DNA of 64,000 nucleotides, from positions 145,144,001-145,208,000 of the forward strand of contig NC_086097.1 in the NCBI RefSeq assembly GCF_963921235.1. Reading direction: 5' to 3'. Source of the stretch: Mobula hypostoma (taxonomy: Eukaryota). Shown here one piece after another: positions 13,801 through 26,814 of the stretch (within the stretch, counting starts at the first letter, position 1; the number at the start of each line of letters is the position of its first letter). Below the pieces are notes generated by a model that made no database searches, had not been told where the DNA came from, and saw nothing but the letters and a program-made list of their open reading frames with translations. A program made the position numbers and the translations under genes.

Positions 13801-14392
13801 GGTCATGTTGCAACTCTACAAATCTCTGGTGAGACCACACTTCGAGTATTGTGTTCAATTCTGGTCACCTCATTATAGGAAGGATATCGAAGCTATGGAG
13901 AGGGTGCAGAGGAGACTTACCAGGATGTTGCCTGGATTGGAAAACAAGTTTAATGAGGCAAGGTTAGCAGAGCTGGGACTTTTCTCTTTAGAGCATAGAA
14001 GGATGAGAGGAGACTTGATAGAGGTCTACAAGGTTATGAGAGGCATAGATAGGGTGGATAGCCAGTACCTGTTTCCCAGGACACGAATAGCGAACACCAG
14101 AGGGCATATGTACCATGTTAAGGGAGGGAAGTTTAGGGGAGACATCAGGGGTAAGTTTTTTACACGGAGGGTTGTGGGTGCCTGGAATGACTTGCCAGGG
14201 TTGGTGGTGGAGGCTAAAACATTAGGGGTATTTAAGAGCCTCTTGGATAGGCACATGGATGAAAGAAAAATAGAAGGTTACGGGGTAGTGTGGGTTTAGT
14301 AAGCTTTTTTTTAAGGAATATATGGATCGGCACAACATTGAAGGCTGAAGGGCCTGTACTGTGCTGTAGTGTTCTAGTGTCTAGGGTCTAGT
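10845..14392 (+). mobile_element. Long CR1 LINE: ORF1 esterase remnant plus disrupted ORF2 (APE+RT), with internal inverted duplication
   Basis: ORF1 motif KKDGLHLNWKGTNILAGRF; ORF2 YFNARSIRNK, YRPP, MGDFN, DLSKAFD, FADD; stops and frameshifts; CR1 3' tail. Confidence 0.93.
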
Positions 14393-14536
14393 AGTAACTG
14401 AATAACGTGCATGGAATTGCTATTGTCAGATCATTGAAATCCCCTCAGCAAGTGAATTTTCAACATGAGTTTAGAGAACTCCAGCAAAAATCCAGGTACA
14501 GGGTACCTTTACAAAGTGCCTGCTCCTGCACACTAT

Positions 14537-15617
14537 CATAGAAACACAGAAAACCTACAGCACAATACAGGACCTTCGGCCCACAAAGTTGTGCCGAACA
14601 TGTCCTTACCTTAGAAATTACTAGGCTTACCCATGGCCCTCTATTTTTCTAAGCTTCATGTACCTATCCAAAAGTCTCTTAAAAGACCCTATTGTATCCG
14701 CCTCCACCACTGTTTCCGGTAACCCATTCCACGCACTCACCACTCTCTGAGTAAAAAACTTACCCCTGACATCTCCTCTGTAGGTACTCCCAAAGCACAT
14801 TAAACCTGTGACCTCTTGTGGCAAACATTTCAGCTCTGGGAAAAAGCCTCTGACTATCTACATGATCAATGCCTGTCATCATCTTATACACCTCTATCAG
14901 GTCACCACTCATCATCCGTCGCTCCAAGGAGAAAAAGCCAAGTTCACTCAACCTGTTTTCATAAGGCATGCTCCCCAATCCAGGCAATATCCTTGTAAAT
15001 CTCCTCTGCACCTTTTCTATAGTTTTTACATCCTTCCTGTAATGAGGTGACCAGAACTGAGCGCAGTACTCTAAGTCTCTATCAGGGTCCTATATAGCTG
15101 CAACATTTCCTCTCGGCTCCTAAATTTAATCTCACGATTGATGAAGGTCAATGCACCATATGCTTTCTTAACCATTGAGTCAACTTGCGCAGTAGCTTTG
15201 ATTGCCCTATGGACTCGGATCCCAAGATCCCTCTGATCCTCCACACTGTCAAGAGTCTTACCATGAATACTAGATTCTGCCATCATATTTGACCTACCAA
15301 AATGAACCACTTCACACTTATCTGAGTTGAACACCATCTGCCACTTCTCAGCCCAGTTTTGCATCCTATCAATGTCCCGCTGTAACCTCTGATAGCCTTC
15401 CACACTATCCACAACACCTCCAACCTTTGTGTCATCAGCAAGCTTACTAACCCATCCCTCCACTTCCTCATCCAGGTCATTTATAAAAATCACAATGAGA
15501 AGGGGTCCCAGAACAGATCCCTGAGGCACACCACTGGTCACCGACCTCCATGCAGAATATGACCCATATACAGCAACTCTTTGCCTTCTGTGGGCAAACC
15601 GGTTCTGATCCACAAAG
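14537..15617 (-). mobile_element. 5'-truncated CR1 (subfamily B) with an internal deletion
   Basis: GVPQGSVLGP, LADDTKVGG, QRRFTRILPGL; same 3' UTR as 57793-58102. Confidence 0.9.
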
Positions 15618-15689
15618 ACTTTTGACTTTGATGGGATAGCAAAGTGGCTGAGGTGCAGAGGACAGAAGTAGAGCTACTAGGACTTGATG

Positions 15690-16688
15690 TTTCAATCCCT
15701 ATGGTAAGTCGGCAGTCTCAACGTTGGCAGTGGGCTTGGAGTGGTGACAAGGAGGGAGGGTAGGTACGTTATCACGATCATCAGGCGGGCACCCTCTTTC
15801 TTTGACATTTTGTTTATAAGCCCACGACGTCTCCAGAGGGCTCAACGGTGCTAGCTGGCATCCCAGATACACCCCCCTCAGTTCCATATCTTCCTGTCTT
15901 CATCTTGCAGCCCAGTTGTTGTCTTTCCTTTTAATTCAAATCAAATTGCTGCTTTATTCTGCTGCATTTGTAAAAGGACTTGATTGCTTGTTGGAGGGAG
16001 TGACCCCTCACCCCCATCTTCTTCAATAGACTGGTCATAGATGTAGCAACGAATCCCCTGCATCCCACTTCTACAAGGAAAATCTTGGTCTTCCAGCCAT
16101 TCTAGGAAGCTTCAGTTGCCATTTCAGAGTACTTGGTCTTTTTCCTCTCATAAGCTTCTTCGACACCATCTTCCCATGGTACTGTCAATTCCACAGCATA
16201 TGCCAGCTTGGCTGTTGTGGACCATAGGAGCATGTCTGACCGGAGTGTTGTAGCCACAATGTCTGGGGGAAACACAAGCATTTTTTCCGAGTCCACATCC
16301 ATTTTCCAATCCCGAGCAATCTGCAGAATGCTTACATCTTTTGATGTTATCTGCTGCTCTGGAGGTTGGCCTGCTGGTACAAATCGTGCGATGTGGACAT
16401 TTCCTGCCCATGTTTGTGGGAGAGCATTTGTGGTGATTTGCCTCTGTTCCAAGATTGATGCCAGCTGTCTGAGAACTTGGTTATGCCAAGTGTACCACCC
16501 TTGGGTGAGGCCCGTGGTGCATCCTGTTAAAATGTGCCTTAGTGATCCAGGTGCTTGACAAAGAAAGCAAGTGGGGTCTTCTCCCCATCACTGGTTCAAG
16601 TTCTGGGGTCTGGGTAGGAGGTCATAAGTGGCTCTGATGACAAAACTTAGCCGAGATCCCTCCATCTCCCAGATGTCACGCCAGCTAA
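15690..16688 (-). mobile_element. HERO-like non-LTR retrotransposon 3' fragment (CCHC plus restriction-like endonuclease)
   Basis: CFLCQAPGSLRHILTGC zinc motif, then TTLRSDMLLWS...AVELTVPWED...AYERKKTKY...VEVGCRGF (RLE motifs); left boundary approximate. Confidence 0.8.
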
Positions 16689-17253
16689 CAGATTCAGATG
16701 GGATGCACTTATTTATAAACACTTGTATTTGCATAAAACCCCTGTATCTTTTAAAGATAAGTATTATGTTAATGAAGTAAGGAGTTCTGTTAAAATAGCA
16801 AGGTTATTTACTAACTTAGAGCTACATTTGCATAGCTTGTTTACAGTTTACAATTACTGTTCTATGGGTGTGCTAAGTATGCTCGCGGAAAAAGAATCAC
16901 AGGGTTGTGTGTGGTGATATGTATGTACTCTGATAATAAATCTTACTTTAAACTTTGAACTATATATCAGAAATCTATTGTGCATCTTCTATCAAAATGT
17001 TTCAACCACTTAAATAGTCCAAAAGGATAGACAGCATGGAGTTGAATCTATGAACTGTAACACAAAACAATTGTTTCTTACTTTTCAGTGGTATGATTCA
17101 TACAGTGTCACTGCGAGGATCCTATCCATAGTTTCTATACTAAAATGTATTTCACAGTATGTGGCACCTAGGGACAGTGCATTCTAATAAGAAGCCATTT
17201 AAGAATTATATCCCTTCTAATCATCACTCTGTTTTACTATGTATTTAATCACA

Positions 17254-17861
17254 TACTTAATCATAAAACAAGTACAGAACTTTTGCTACTTAGGAAGCTG
17301 GGTGACATCAGATGGCAGGTGCGACATGGACATCAAAAAAAGAATAGGGATGGCAAAAGACACCTTTATGAGAATGAAGAGTATACTGACCAATACTAAA
17401 CTAGTCATGACAACCCGCCTCAGAGTACTGAAATGTTACGTTTATCCAGTTACGTTATATAGCTCAGAATGTTGGACAATATCTAGTAACATGAGGAAAT
17501 GAATTGTAGCAGCAGAGATGTGGTTTTTGAGGAGGATGCAAAGAATATCATGGACGAAACGGATATCTAAAGAGGATATCATGAACAGAGCAAACACAAA
17601 AAGAGAAATAATGTATGAGATCATGAAAAGGCAACGTAACTTCATTGGACATGTGATTAGGAAAGAGGCGTTAGAATGCACGGTAATTATGGGAAAGATT
17701 GAAGGGAAGAAAGCAGGAGGAAGACAACGACAAATGATAATGGAGACAGCAGCCAGAGAACTGGAAATGAATACCAATGAATTGATCCACTTGACCCGAA
17801 ACAGGAGTGTGTGGGCCATGGCAGTCAAAGCTCAAACTGGGCATGGCACCTGATGATGATG
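17254..17861 (+). mobile_element. 5'-truncated RTE LINE with 11-bp TSD
   Basis: FCYLGSWVTSDGRCDMDIKKRIGMAK...EMWFLRRMQRISW; (tga)n tail; TSD atttaatcaca at 17243-17253 and 17862-17872. Confidence 0.9.
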
Positions 17862-19141
17862 ATTTAATCACAAAAAACAAGAAGAACACCACAGGAGTAA
17901 GTTATCATAAGATTTATTTTTCATAGGTTAAGAATTTATCTGTTTTGATGAACTGTGGATCCAGCCATGTGGTTAAAAAATCAACATGTATTAGGAGTCC
18001 TGTCAAGCATCCAAAGATTACATTATCCATGGAATGGTTAATCAGTTTATTCATAGAGGAAAGTACCGTATTGCCCACAAATCATGTTATAATTTATCCA
18101 CAGACGAATAAACAGTTTCAATCTAATAAACAGATTATTGAAAGGTTAAAGCAAAAAAAAAGGTTTCTATGCTAACCTGTCTATGCTGAGCTGAACAGAA
18201 TGAGATGATGTGTGAACATACAGTAGTTGCACATAGTAATTACTATTGTATAGAATTTATTGGATTGGTGCCCTGATTCCCTGTGAAATCAGGCAGGATC
18301 ATATAGAGAATGAGGAAATGTAACTGCCCTACTAAAGCTATACTTTGTACTGTCCCTGTTCATCGTATGTTATGATCTACAAGTTTTGATACCCACTCCT
18401 TTGAAGCCTATTTTAAAAGTCTAAATTCATAGTGGGATGAAGTAACTTCAGAAATGAACCTAGAGACAACACTACCTACTTTCAACCCATGCCTCACATT
18501 CTCAATTTCCCACTTCCAATCAAATTTTTAAATCAACTTTGCTGATTTCCCCCATATGCCAAGCACTTAGTCTTTTCTCAGGTATCACATTGTCAATGAC
18601 TTTTCTAAAGCTTACTTTGATTACACCTATCGCATCCCCATGCCATCATCACTAAAGGCCATGTAGAATATTGTATTACCTCCTCAATGAAGCAAATAAA
18701 ACTTCAGAATTCTCCTCTTCAAACCAACTGGATTTTTTTTCCCCTGTGACATTCTAGCATCACTCACATTTAACAAGGGTAGTTATCCAGAATGTGCCCA
18801 AATCCCTCCAGGTCTACTTGAGTACTAGAAATCTGGTTTTCTGAAAATGCCAAGCCCAAAAATAAAACTTGTGTCAGGAAAAGAATTATCAGATCAATGT
18901 GAAAATTCTTCAGATTCATTAATGTCCTTTAGGTAAGTAAATCTATCATTTTATACCGGTCTGGTTAATATGAAACTTTACTCTCACAAAACTGGCTTGA
19001 CATCACATCAATTCTTTCAACAACATCATGGTTTTGAGGGTGCAGGGGGACAGAGAAACTGTCATGTGTATGTGCATAAATCATTGAAAATGGTTGGGTG
19101 TGAGAGACCAGTTAACAGAAATATTTAAAAAATGGAAAAAA

Positions 19142-19870
19142 GGTTCAAAGATCAAAGTAAATTTATTATCAAAGTACATATACGTCATGATATACTACCT
19201 TGAATTTAATTTTCTTGCAAACATTCACAGTAGAAAAGAGAAATACAATAGAATCAATGAGAAACTGCACACAAAGACTGACAACGAAAGGGCAAAAGAC
19301 GACAAACTGTAAATTCAAATAAATAAATAGATAGATAGATAAATAAATAAATAATCATGGAGAACATGAATTGTAGAGTCCTTGAAAGAGAGACTATAGG
19401 TTGTGGAATCAGTTCAGAGTTGAGGTGAGTGACATTAACCATGTTGCTTCAGGAACCTGAATTTGAAGGATAATAACTGTTCCTGAAGCTGGTGGTGTGG
19501 CTCCTGTACCTCTTTCCCAATAGCAGCAGCAAGAAGAGAGCTTGGCCTAGACGATAGGTTTCCTCGATGATGGATGCTGCTTTCTTGTAGCAATGCTCTT
19601 TGTAGATCTGATCAAAGGCTTTGCATGTGATGAACTAGGCCGTGTCCACTACTTTTTGTAGACATTTTTTAAATTTTTGGGCATTGGTGTTCCCATACCA
19701 GGCCATGCTGTAACCAGTCAGGATACTCTCAACTGTGCACCTACAGAAGTTGTCAAAGTTTTAGATGACATGCTGAATTGGTGTAAACTCCTAATGGCTG
19801 TATATAGAAGCATTACCATGTCTTCTTTGAGACAGCACTTACATGCAGTCCCAGGACAAATCCTCGGATA
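19142..19870 (-). mobile_element. Rex1/Babar-like LINE 3' fragment
   Basis: Same 3' end (caaagtaaatttattatcaaagta) as the copy at 44294; degenerate ORF2 C-terminus. Confidence 0.7.
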
Positions 19871-20434
19871 TGATAATATATAATCGGTGTAAGAATAGAA
19901 ACGTTTGGTCCTTTGGTCCTGCTTCGCTTTCCAATATGATCACGGCTGATCATCTAAATTCAACAACTGGTTCCTATTTTCTCCCTTTAGTTAAAAGAAC
20001 TGCAATTCCTTCTTGAATACATTAAAGATTTATTCAAGTTCCTTCTTTGATAGAGACTCCACAGGTCTGCAATTCATAAGGGATCCTGGGCTTCATAAAT
20101 AGATACATAGAATACAAATGTAGGGAAGTTATAAACATTTATAAAAACAGCATTGGTGCCCAGGTATCCAGTTTGGTCACATTACTTTAGAAAGGAATTG
20201 AAGACCCGTGAGTGGGTGCAAAAACAAGTCACTAAAATGTCATTTTAGCCAGGCTTTTGAAAAGGTCCCACATGGCCGTATGCTCAAAATATCTCATGGC
20301 ATTAAGTGGGGTGAAAATGCAAGTTGGATTCAAACTCAGAAAACGTTAACAGTTGACTGATATCTTTGTGACAGTGAGGTTCCACAGTATCAGTAAACAT
20401 TCCCTCATATATAATAATTTAGATCTAAATGTAA

Positions 20435-20883
20435 TGTGGGCCTTATGCCTGGTATGGGAATTGTACCTCCCTCAATCGCAAGACTCTTCAGAGAGTGGTG
20501 CTGATAGCCTGGCGCATCTGTAAATGTGAACTTCCCATGATTCAGGACATTTACAAAGACAGCTGTGCATAAAGGGCCCATAGGATCATTGGGGACCTGA
20601 GTCATCCCAACCACAATCTATTCCAGCTGCTACCACCTGGGAAACGGTACCACAGCATAAAAGCCAGGACCAACAGGCTGCGGGACAGCTTCTTCCACCA
20701 GGCCATCAGACCGATTAACTCATGCTGATCTGAGTATATTTTGTGTTACATTGACTGTTCTATTTATTATAAGTTATTATAAATTACTATGATTGCACAT
20801 TGCACATTTAGACAGAGACGTATCATAAAGATTTTTACTCCTCGTGTATGTGAAGGATGGAAGAAATAAAGTCAATTCAATTC
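20435..20883 (+). mobile_element. Rex1/Babar-like LINE 3' fragment
   Basis: AWYGNC...HPNHNLFQLLPPGKRYHSIKARTNRLRDSFFHQAI; tail aataaagtcaattcaattc. Confidence 0.8.
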
Positions 20884-22037
20884 CAAAGAATGATGTTATG
20901 GATGAAATGGGAGGTAAGGACCTCGATAAAATCACTGTCACTACGGAGATAGTGATGAGCAAACTAGAAAGCCTGAAGGTAGATAAGTCCCCTGGTCCTG
21001 ATGGGATGCATCCCAGGGTGCTGAGGGAATTGGCGGAGGTTACAGAGAACGCATTGGTAATCATTTACCAAAACTCTCTAGACTCTGGGCAGGTCCCGGC
21101 AGAATGGAAGACAGCAAACGTCACTCCACTTTTAAAAAAGGATGTAGGCAGAAGACGGACAACTATAGGCCAGATAGCTTAACATCTGTAGTCGGAAAAA
21201 TCATTGAAGCTGTCATTAAGGAAGAAATAGCAAAACACTTAGAAAGGAGTGGTTCCATTAGACAGATGCAGCATAGATTCAGAAAGGGCAGGCCCTGTTT
21301 GACAAACTTACTGGAGTTCTTCGAGGACATAATGAGCGCTGTGGATAGAAGGGAGCAGTGGATGTCGTATACTTGGATTTCCAGAAGGCGTTCGATAAGG
21401 AGCCACACAAGAGACTTACAAATAAGATGCGGATGCATGGAGTCGGAGGAAGTGTATTAGCATGGACAGTGGATTGGTTAACCAATAGAAGGCAGAGAGT
21501 TTGTATAAATGGGTGTTTCTCCGGTTGGCAGTCGGTGGTGAGTGGGTGCTGTAGGGGTCAGTGCTGGGCCCACAGCTGTTTACCATTTACATTGATGACG
21601 TGGAAGCGGGGACTGAGTGTAGCATAGCAAAATTTGCTGATGACACTAAACTGAGTGGAAAAGCAAATTGTACAGAGGATGTGGAGAGTCTGCAGAGGGA
21701 TATAGATAGGTTAAGTGAGTGGGCCAAGGTCTGGCAGATGGAATACAGCGTTGGTAAATGCAAGATCATCCACTTTGGAAGGAATAATAGAAGAGCAGAT
21801 TATTATTTAAATGGTGAAAGATTGCAGCAGGCTGTTGTGCAGAGGGACTTGGGAGTGCTTGTTCATGAATAGCAAAAAGTTGGCTTGCAGGTACAACAGG
21901 TTATTAAGAATGTTGGCCTTCATTGCTAGAGGGACTGAATTCAAGAGCAGGGAGGTCATGCTGCAACTATACAGGGTACTGGTGGGGCTGCACCTGGAGT
22001 ATCCTGTGCAGTTCTGGTCTCCATATTTGAGGAAGGA

Positions 22038-22139
22038 CGAAGTCCTGACGAAGGGTCTCGGCCTGAAACGTCAACTGTGCTTCTTCCTATGAATGCTGCC
22101 TGGCCTGCTGTGTTGCACCAGCATTTTGTGTGTGTTGTG
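22038..22139 (+). mobile_element. 102-bp Penelope-terminus mini-element with 10-bp TSD
   Basis: TSD tgaggaagga at 22028-22037 and 22140-22149; similar to the 3' end of the Penelope-like element at 43394-43433. Confidence 0.85.
22041..22076 (+). ncRNA. Candidate minimal type I hammerhead ribozyme
   Basis: agtc CTGACGA agg gtctcgg cct GAAA cgtc aact: both core boxes, stem II agg/cct, palindromic ACGT in place of stem III, stem I with one mismatch. Confidence 0.6.
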
Positions 22140-22308
22140 TGAGGAAGGATATACTGGCTTTGGAGGCGGTGCAGAGGAGGTTCACCAGGTTGATTCCGGA
22201 GATGAAGGGGTTAACATATGAGGATATGAGGAGAGATTGAGTTGCCTGGGACTATACTCCCTGGAATTCAGAAGAATGAGAGGGGATCTTATAGAAACAT
22301 ACAAAATT

Positions 22309-24273
22309 CCATTGGAAGAATTTATAATTTACTATTACAATGGGATAAGCATCCTTTATTTAAAATTAAACAAGATTGGGAAAATGAACTTAGAACCATA
22401 GAACCATAGAAACTACAGCACAGAAACAGGCCTTTTGGCCCTTCTTGGCTGTGCTGAACCATTTTCTGCCTAGTCCCACTGACCTGCACACGGACCATAT
22501 CCCTCCATACACCTCCCATCCATGTATCTGTCCAATTTATTCTTAAATGTTAAAAAAGAACCTGCATTTACCACCTCGTCTGGCAGCTCATTCCATACTC
22601 CCACCACTCTCTGTGTGAAGAAGCCCCCCCAATGTTCCCTTTAAACTTCCCCCCCCCTCACCCTTAACCCATGTCCTCTGATTTTTTTCTCCCCTTGTCT
22701 CAGTGGAAAGGAAGCGGATAGAAGTCAGAATAAGGAACTGCTGTAAGAACACACCAGCATAAGTGCCTCTCCTGACTGGAGTTCCTCCAGCACTTCGTGT
22801 CTATTCCAGCATCTTGTGTGTATAACAAGTTCAAGCATGGAAAATCTGTAAAGAGGGTCTAAACTCAATGTGCAGTAAATGGATGGGAGATTGACTTGGG
22901 AATGATGAAGAATTTGAATTACTTCAAACTTGGGCAACTAGAATATTAAACATTCAGGAAGAGAACAGTTTGTGGATCAGCTGCTGGCTGAATTTGTGGG
23001 AATTGATAGGATGGAAGATGTGCTGTTGAGACTTTTACAGGCACCCGGGAAAACAATCCAGTGATCCTACTGAAGAAAGTTTCTTGAGTTTCAACCAGGC
23101 AGTTGTAAATCAGCTCAGCAACTAACCCTTTCAGTGTAATGGTTGAGAACTCATTCAGAATGATTACGTCCTGTTGCAGTGTTCAAGATAAGTAACACTT
23201 CTCATTTCTGAACATGTGGTAAATTGAAGCAGTGACTGATAACTCATTGTTGCTTTGCATTTAAAATTTTCAGTCTGAACAAAAATAATTAGGGGCAATG
23301 GATTTTATCTTGTATGACATTATGAGTTTGAATTCCAGTCCTTTTGTTTCTGTTGGAAAGTGTGAGTATTGTAGCTTTAAACAATGTGTATATATTTTGT
23401 ACATGAACACCCTACTTTGGAGGAATGTTTCTTTCCTGAACTTAATTTGACTTTTATGACGGAAGACTGAACGCGGATTCTGAAGTTGGTTAACTCTTCT
23501 TCAATCTGTGCTAGTCATTCACTGATTCAATTTTAAATTGTACATTGTTACTATTTGACAAAGGAGAAATTGTCTAAAATGTTTCCTAATGTTGATCGTT
23601 ATTGTGATAGATGTAAAACTGAGACAGCTACACTGACACACATGTTTTGGTCATGTTCTATACTGGAACAGCTCTGGAAGTCAGTTTTTTCTACAATTTC
23701 TAAAGCACCTAAAATTAATTTACAACCTAGCAAATTAACTGTGCTGTTTGGAATAATTCTTCAAAATATCTGTGGTATCTCTTTGTCGGACCAACATGTT
23801 ATTGCATTTGTTACATTGATAACTAGGAGGGCCATTTTGTTGAAGTGGAAGGATACATCAGCTCCCACTTTGTCACAATGGTTCTCTCAAGTGATGCTAT
23901 GTCTTAGTTTGGAGAAAATTAGAAGTCAGACCTTTGAACCTATGTTTGATTTTGAGAAAAGATCGGGTTCATTTGCTCATTATTATCATTTCCTCCACCA
24001 TCTAATTGTAAATTTGTGGTACTTTTTTTTTCTTGCTGGCGGTTTGATGTTTATCTTTAGAAGCTTTTTGTATGACGCATGGCTCCGGGGTTGAGCACCT
24101 AATCTGGTTTTTTCCCCACTTTTTCTTGCGTAGTAGGGTTTTTTCCTTTTTTTTATCACCAAAATTTTTTCAATCCCTAAAACAATGTTTTTTTCCTTGA
24201 GACATTGTAAGTGTTGCTTACTTCGATGTACTCTTGTTAATTTTGGATAATAATAATAAAGATTTGAAAAGAA
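22309..24273 (+). mobile_element. L1/Tx1-like LINE 3' fragment with 16-bp TSD, itself split by 22393-23436
   Basis: TSD agaaacatacaaaatt at 22293-22308 and 24274-24289; IGRIYNLLLQWD...KQDWENEL continues after the insert to CDRCKTETATLTHMFWSC (ORF2 CCHC); aataaagatttgaaaagaa tail. Confidence 0.88.
22393..22710 (-). mobile_element. CR1 3' end forming one part of a chimeric 1044-bp insert (22393-23436)
   Basis: gaaccata tail repeats, CR1 3' UTR and ORF2 end; tgaactta at 22385-22392 and 23437-23444 flanks the whole insert. Confidence 0.8.
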
Positions 24274-24669
24274 AGAAACATACAAAATTTTGAAAGGGAT
24301 AGATAAGATGGAAGTAGGAAAGTTGTTTCCATTGGTAGGTGAGACTAGAATTAGGAGATATTGCCTCAAGATTCAGGGGAGAAGATTTAGGACGGAGATG
24401 AGGAGAAACTGTTTTTCCCAGAGAGTGATGAATCTGTGGAATTCTCTGCCTAGGGAAGCAGTTGAGGCTTCTTCACTAAATAGATTTAAGATACAGTTAA
24501 ATAGATTTTTACATAGTAGAGGAATTAAGGGTTTTGGGGAAAAGGCAGGTAGATGGAGCTGAGTTTAAGGACAGATCAGCCAAGATCTTATTGAATGGCA
24601 GGGCAGGCTGCATGGGCCGGATGGCCTTCTCCTGCTACGATTTCTTATGTTCTTATGTTCTTATGTAAA

Positions 24670-25480
24670 TATAATAGAAATTGGCCCAGTGAATGACGCA
24701 AGGAGGAAAGCTACGAATTGCAGAAAGATATAGATGACTTGGTCAACTTGGTACAAAAGAGGCAGATGGAATTTAATTCCACGAGGTATGAGATTCATTT
24801 TGGGAGGTGCATAAAAGGAAGAAATTACACAATAAGAGAAAGGTTGTTAAGTGATGTAGAGGAACTAAGTTATTGCAATTTATATCCATAGATCCTTAAA
24901 AGCAACAAGGATGATCAATAAGGTAACTAAAATGCAAGCGGGAAGATTTTCTTACTTAAATGAGCATGTAATAAAGAAGCACGGAGTTTATGCCATAATT
25001 GAACATAATGTTAGTTGGACTTCGTCAAGAGTACTGAGTAAGTTCTCATCAGCCCGCTGCAGGATAAATGTGATTCAACTGGAAATTGGCAGAGAAGGTT
25101 TTCAAGAATGCTGCCGGGAGAGGATAATGTTAGCTCTAAGAAAAGACTAGATAAGCTGGGCTTACTTTCTTTAGAAGAGGAGAAGTTTAAGAAAGACTAA
25201 TTTGAGATATGACAAATTATGACCGAATAGAGTAAGCAGGAAGGAGCTATTTCCACTGAGCAAAGGAGTCAAAAATCTGGAGAATCTGAGAAGGGATTAA
25301 GAATAATGCTTCCATACAGAATCAAATTAACTGCCTGGGTGGGGGCGGGGGGTGGGGAGTAGAGACAGAAACCTCACAACCTTTAATCAGTTATTCATTT
25401 TGACTGTAGGGTAAGGGTCAAAGTAATGGATGTTGCGATTAATCTGAGGAGATTTTTGACTGATACAGAAGTCATGGGCA
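24670..25480 (+). mobile_element. Highly degraded CR1 RT remnant
   Basis: LQKDIDDLVNL...QMEFN...IHFG-like segments with many stops. Confidence 0.6.
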
Positions 25481-26814
25481 CAGTGTGTTGCAAATTTTCA
25501 ATGACTCAAGATCCTAAGATTCTATACGTTAAGGTGTTTCAGCTGCAAGATTACACCAAATAAGCTGAACTTGTTCTCTTTGGGACAAAGAAGGCTGAAC
25601 AGGGATTTGATCAGTTGCATGTAATAATGATGAGTGTAGATAGGATAAGCAGAGAAAAGTTACTCCCATTGGAGGATGCCTCCAGGACCCAGATATAGTT
25701 TTAACTTGATGGGCCAAGGACATGGGAGCTTCAGAGAGTTTTTTCATGTGAAGCTTTTAATCATCAGTAACTCGCTGCCTGTAGCTCAACCAGAGTTTTT
25801 AAAAGGAAGAAAAAAAACCTGAGGAAGATCATTTGCTGTGATAAGGGGAAGGAGCAGGGACTGACGGGATTTCCGAACAAATAGCTACGATAGACCTAAT
25901 GGACTGAATAACAAGAATGATTGCAGTACTGAGAAAGTGCAGTTACAAGTTCTGTACCATAACAATTTAATGGCTCAATATTGCACAGGCTATCAGCAAT
26001 AAATGTAAAAGTGCCAAGCAGAGAGTGCCATAAATACTCAGCAAGTCAGGCAGCATATGTAAAGAGAGAAAGACAGATAACAGCTCAGCTCACCAACATT
26101 TCAAGCTGGCATTGCCAAGAATGGATACATCTCAAGGATGTGGTTAGACAAAATGCAGTAAACAAGCAGGACCAATTGGCACAGTGAAATCTGATTTCCA
26201 CAATCGTTAAGAACAGGGTGATCAGAAAACAAACTGAATGGAGTAATTTGCTGCATCCATCATGAAGTCCGTCATAGTTCTTCAAAAGGAAAACACTTAA
26301 ACCAATATGCTTGAAACTAATCAAAATCAGTCACAGTTTGATTTTGATTTTTTCTGAATGTTTCTTTTCTGTGAATAAAGAACACATTTCACATCTCAAG
26401 CATGAAAGTATTCAGACTAAACAAATTTCTGCAAATTGAGAAACATGGCTTCTATTTTCACCAATCCATTGAAACAGATGCTTCTCAAAAATATCTCATT
26501 ATTATCCAGTCATATAAAAAGAAGCTAAATTGTTATCTAATTAAAATGGGTGTGAAAATTACGAGTAATGTATTTCTGCTTACACAATTTTAACATAACA
26601 TGTTCTGTGAGGTAACGTATCATCTTAATTCATCAATACATACCAAATCAAAGGAGAAGACTTCAATATAAGTGACCTTAATCTTTGTCTTTGGAGATCA
26701 AATTTGTTGGAAGTAGAGGTGGGAGTAGTGTTCATGTGTTCCAAACAGTGTAATATAGTTAAAAGAGATCCTCATGTATCTGGTTTTTTTGCCTTAGCTT
26801 GATACTGCATTTAT

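Larger units (their letters stand above)
20884..24666 (+). mobile_element. CR1 (subfamily C) ORF2 3' part hosting nested insertions
   Basis: KSPGPDGMHPRVL, LDFQKAFD, FADD; resumes at 24274; (ttcttatg)n tail. Confidence 0.9.
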
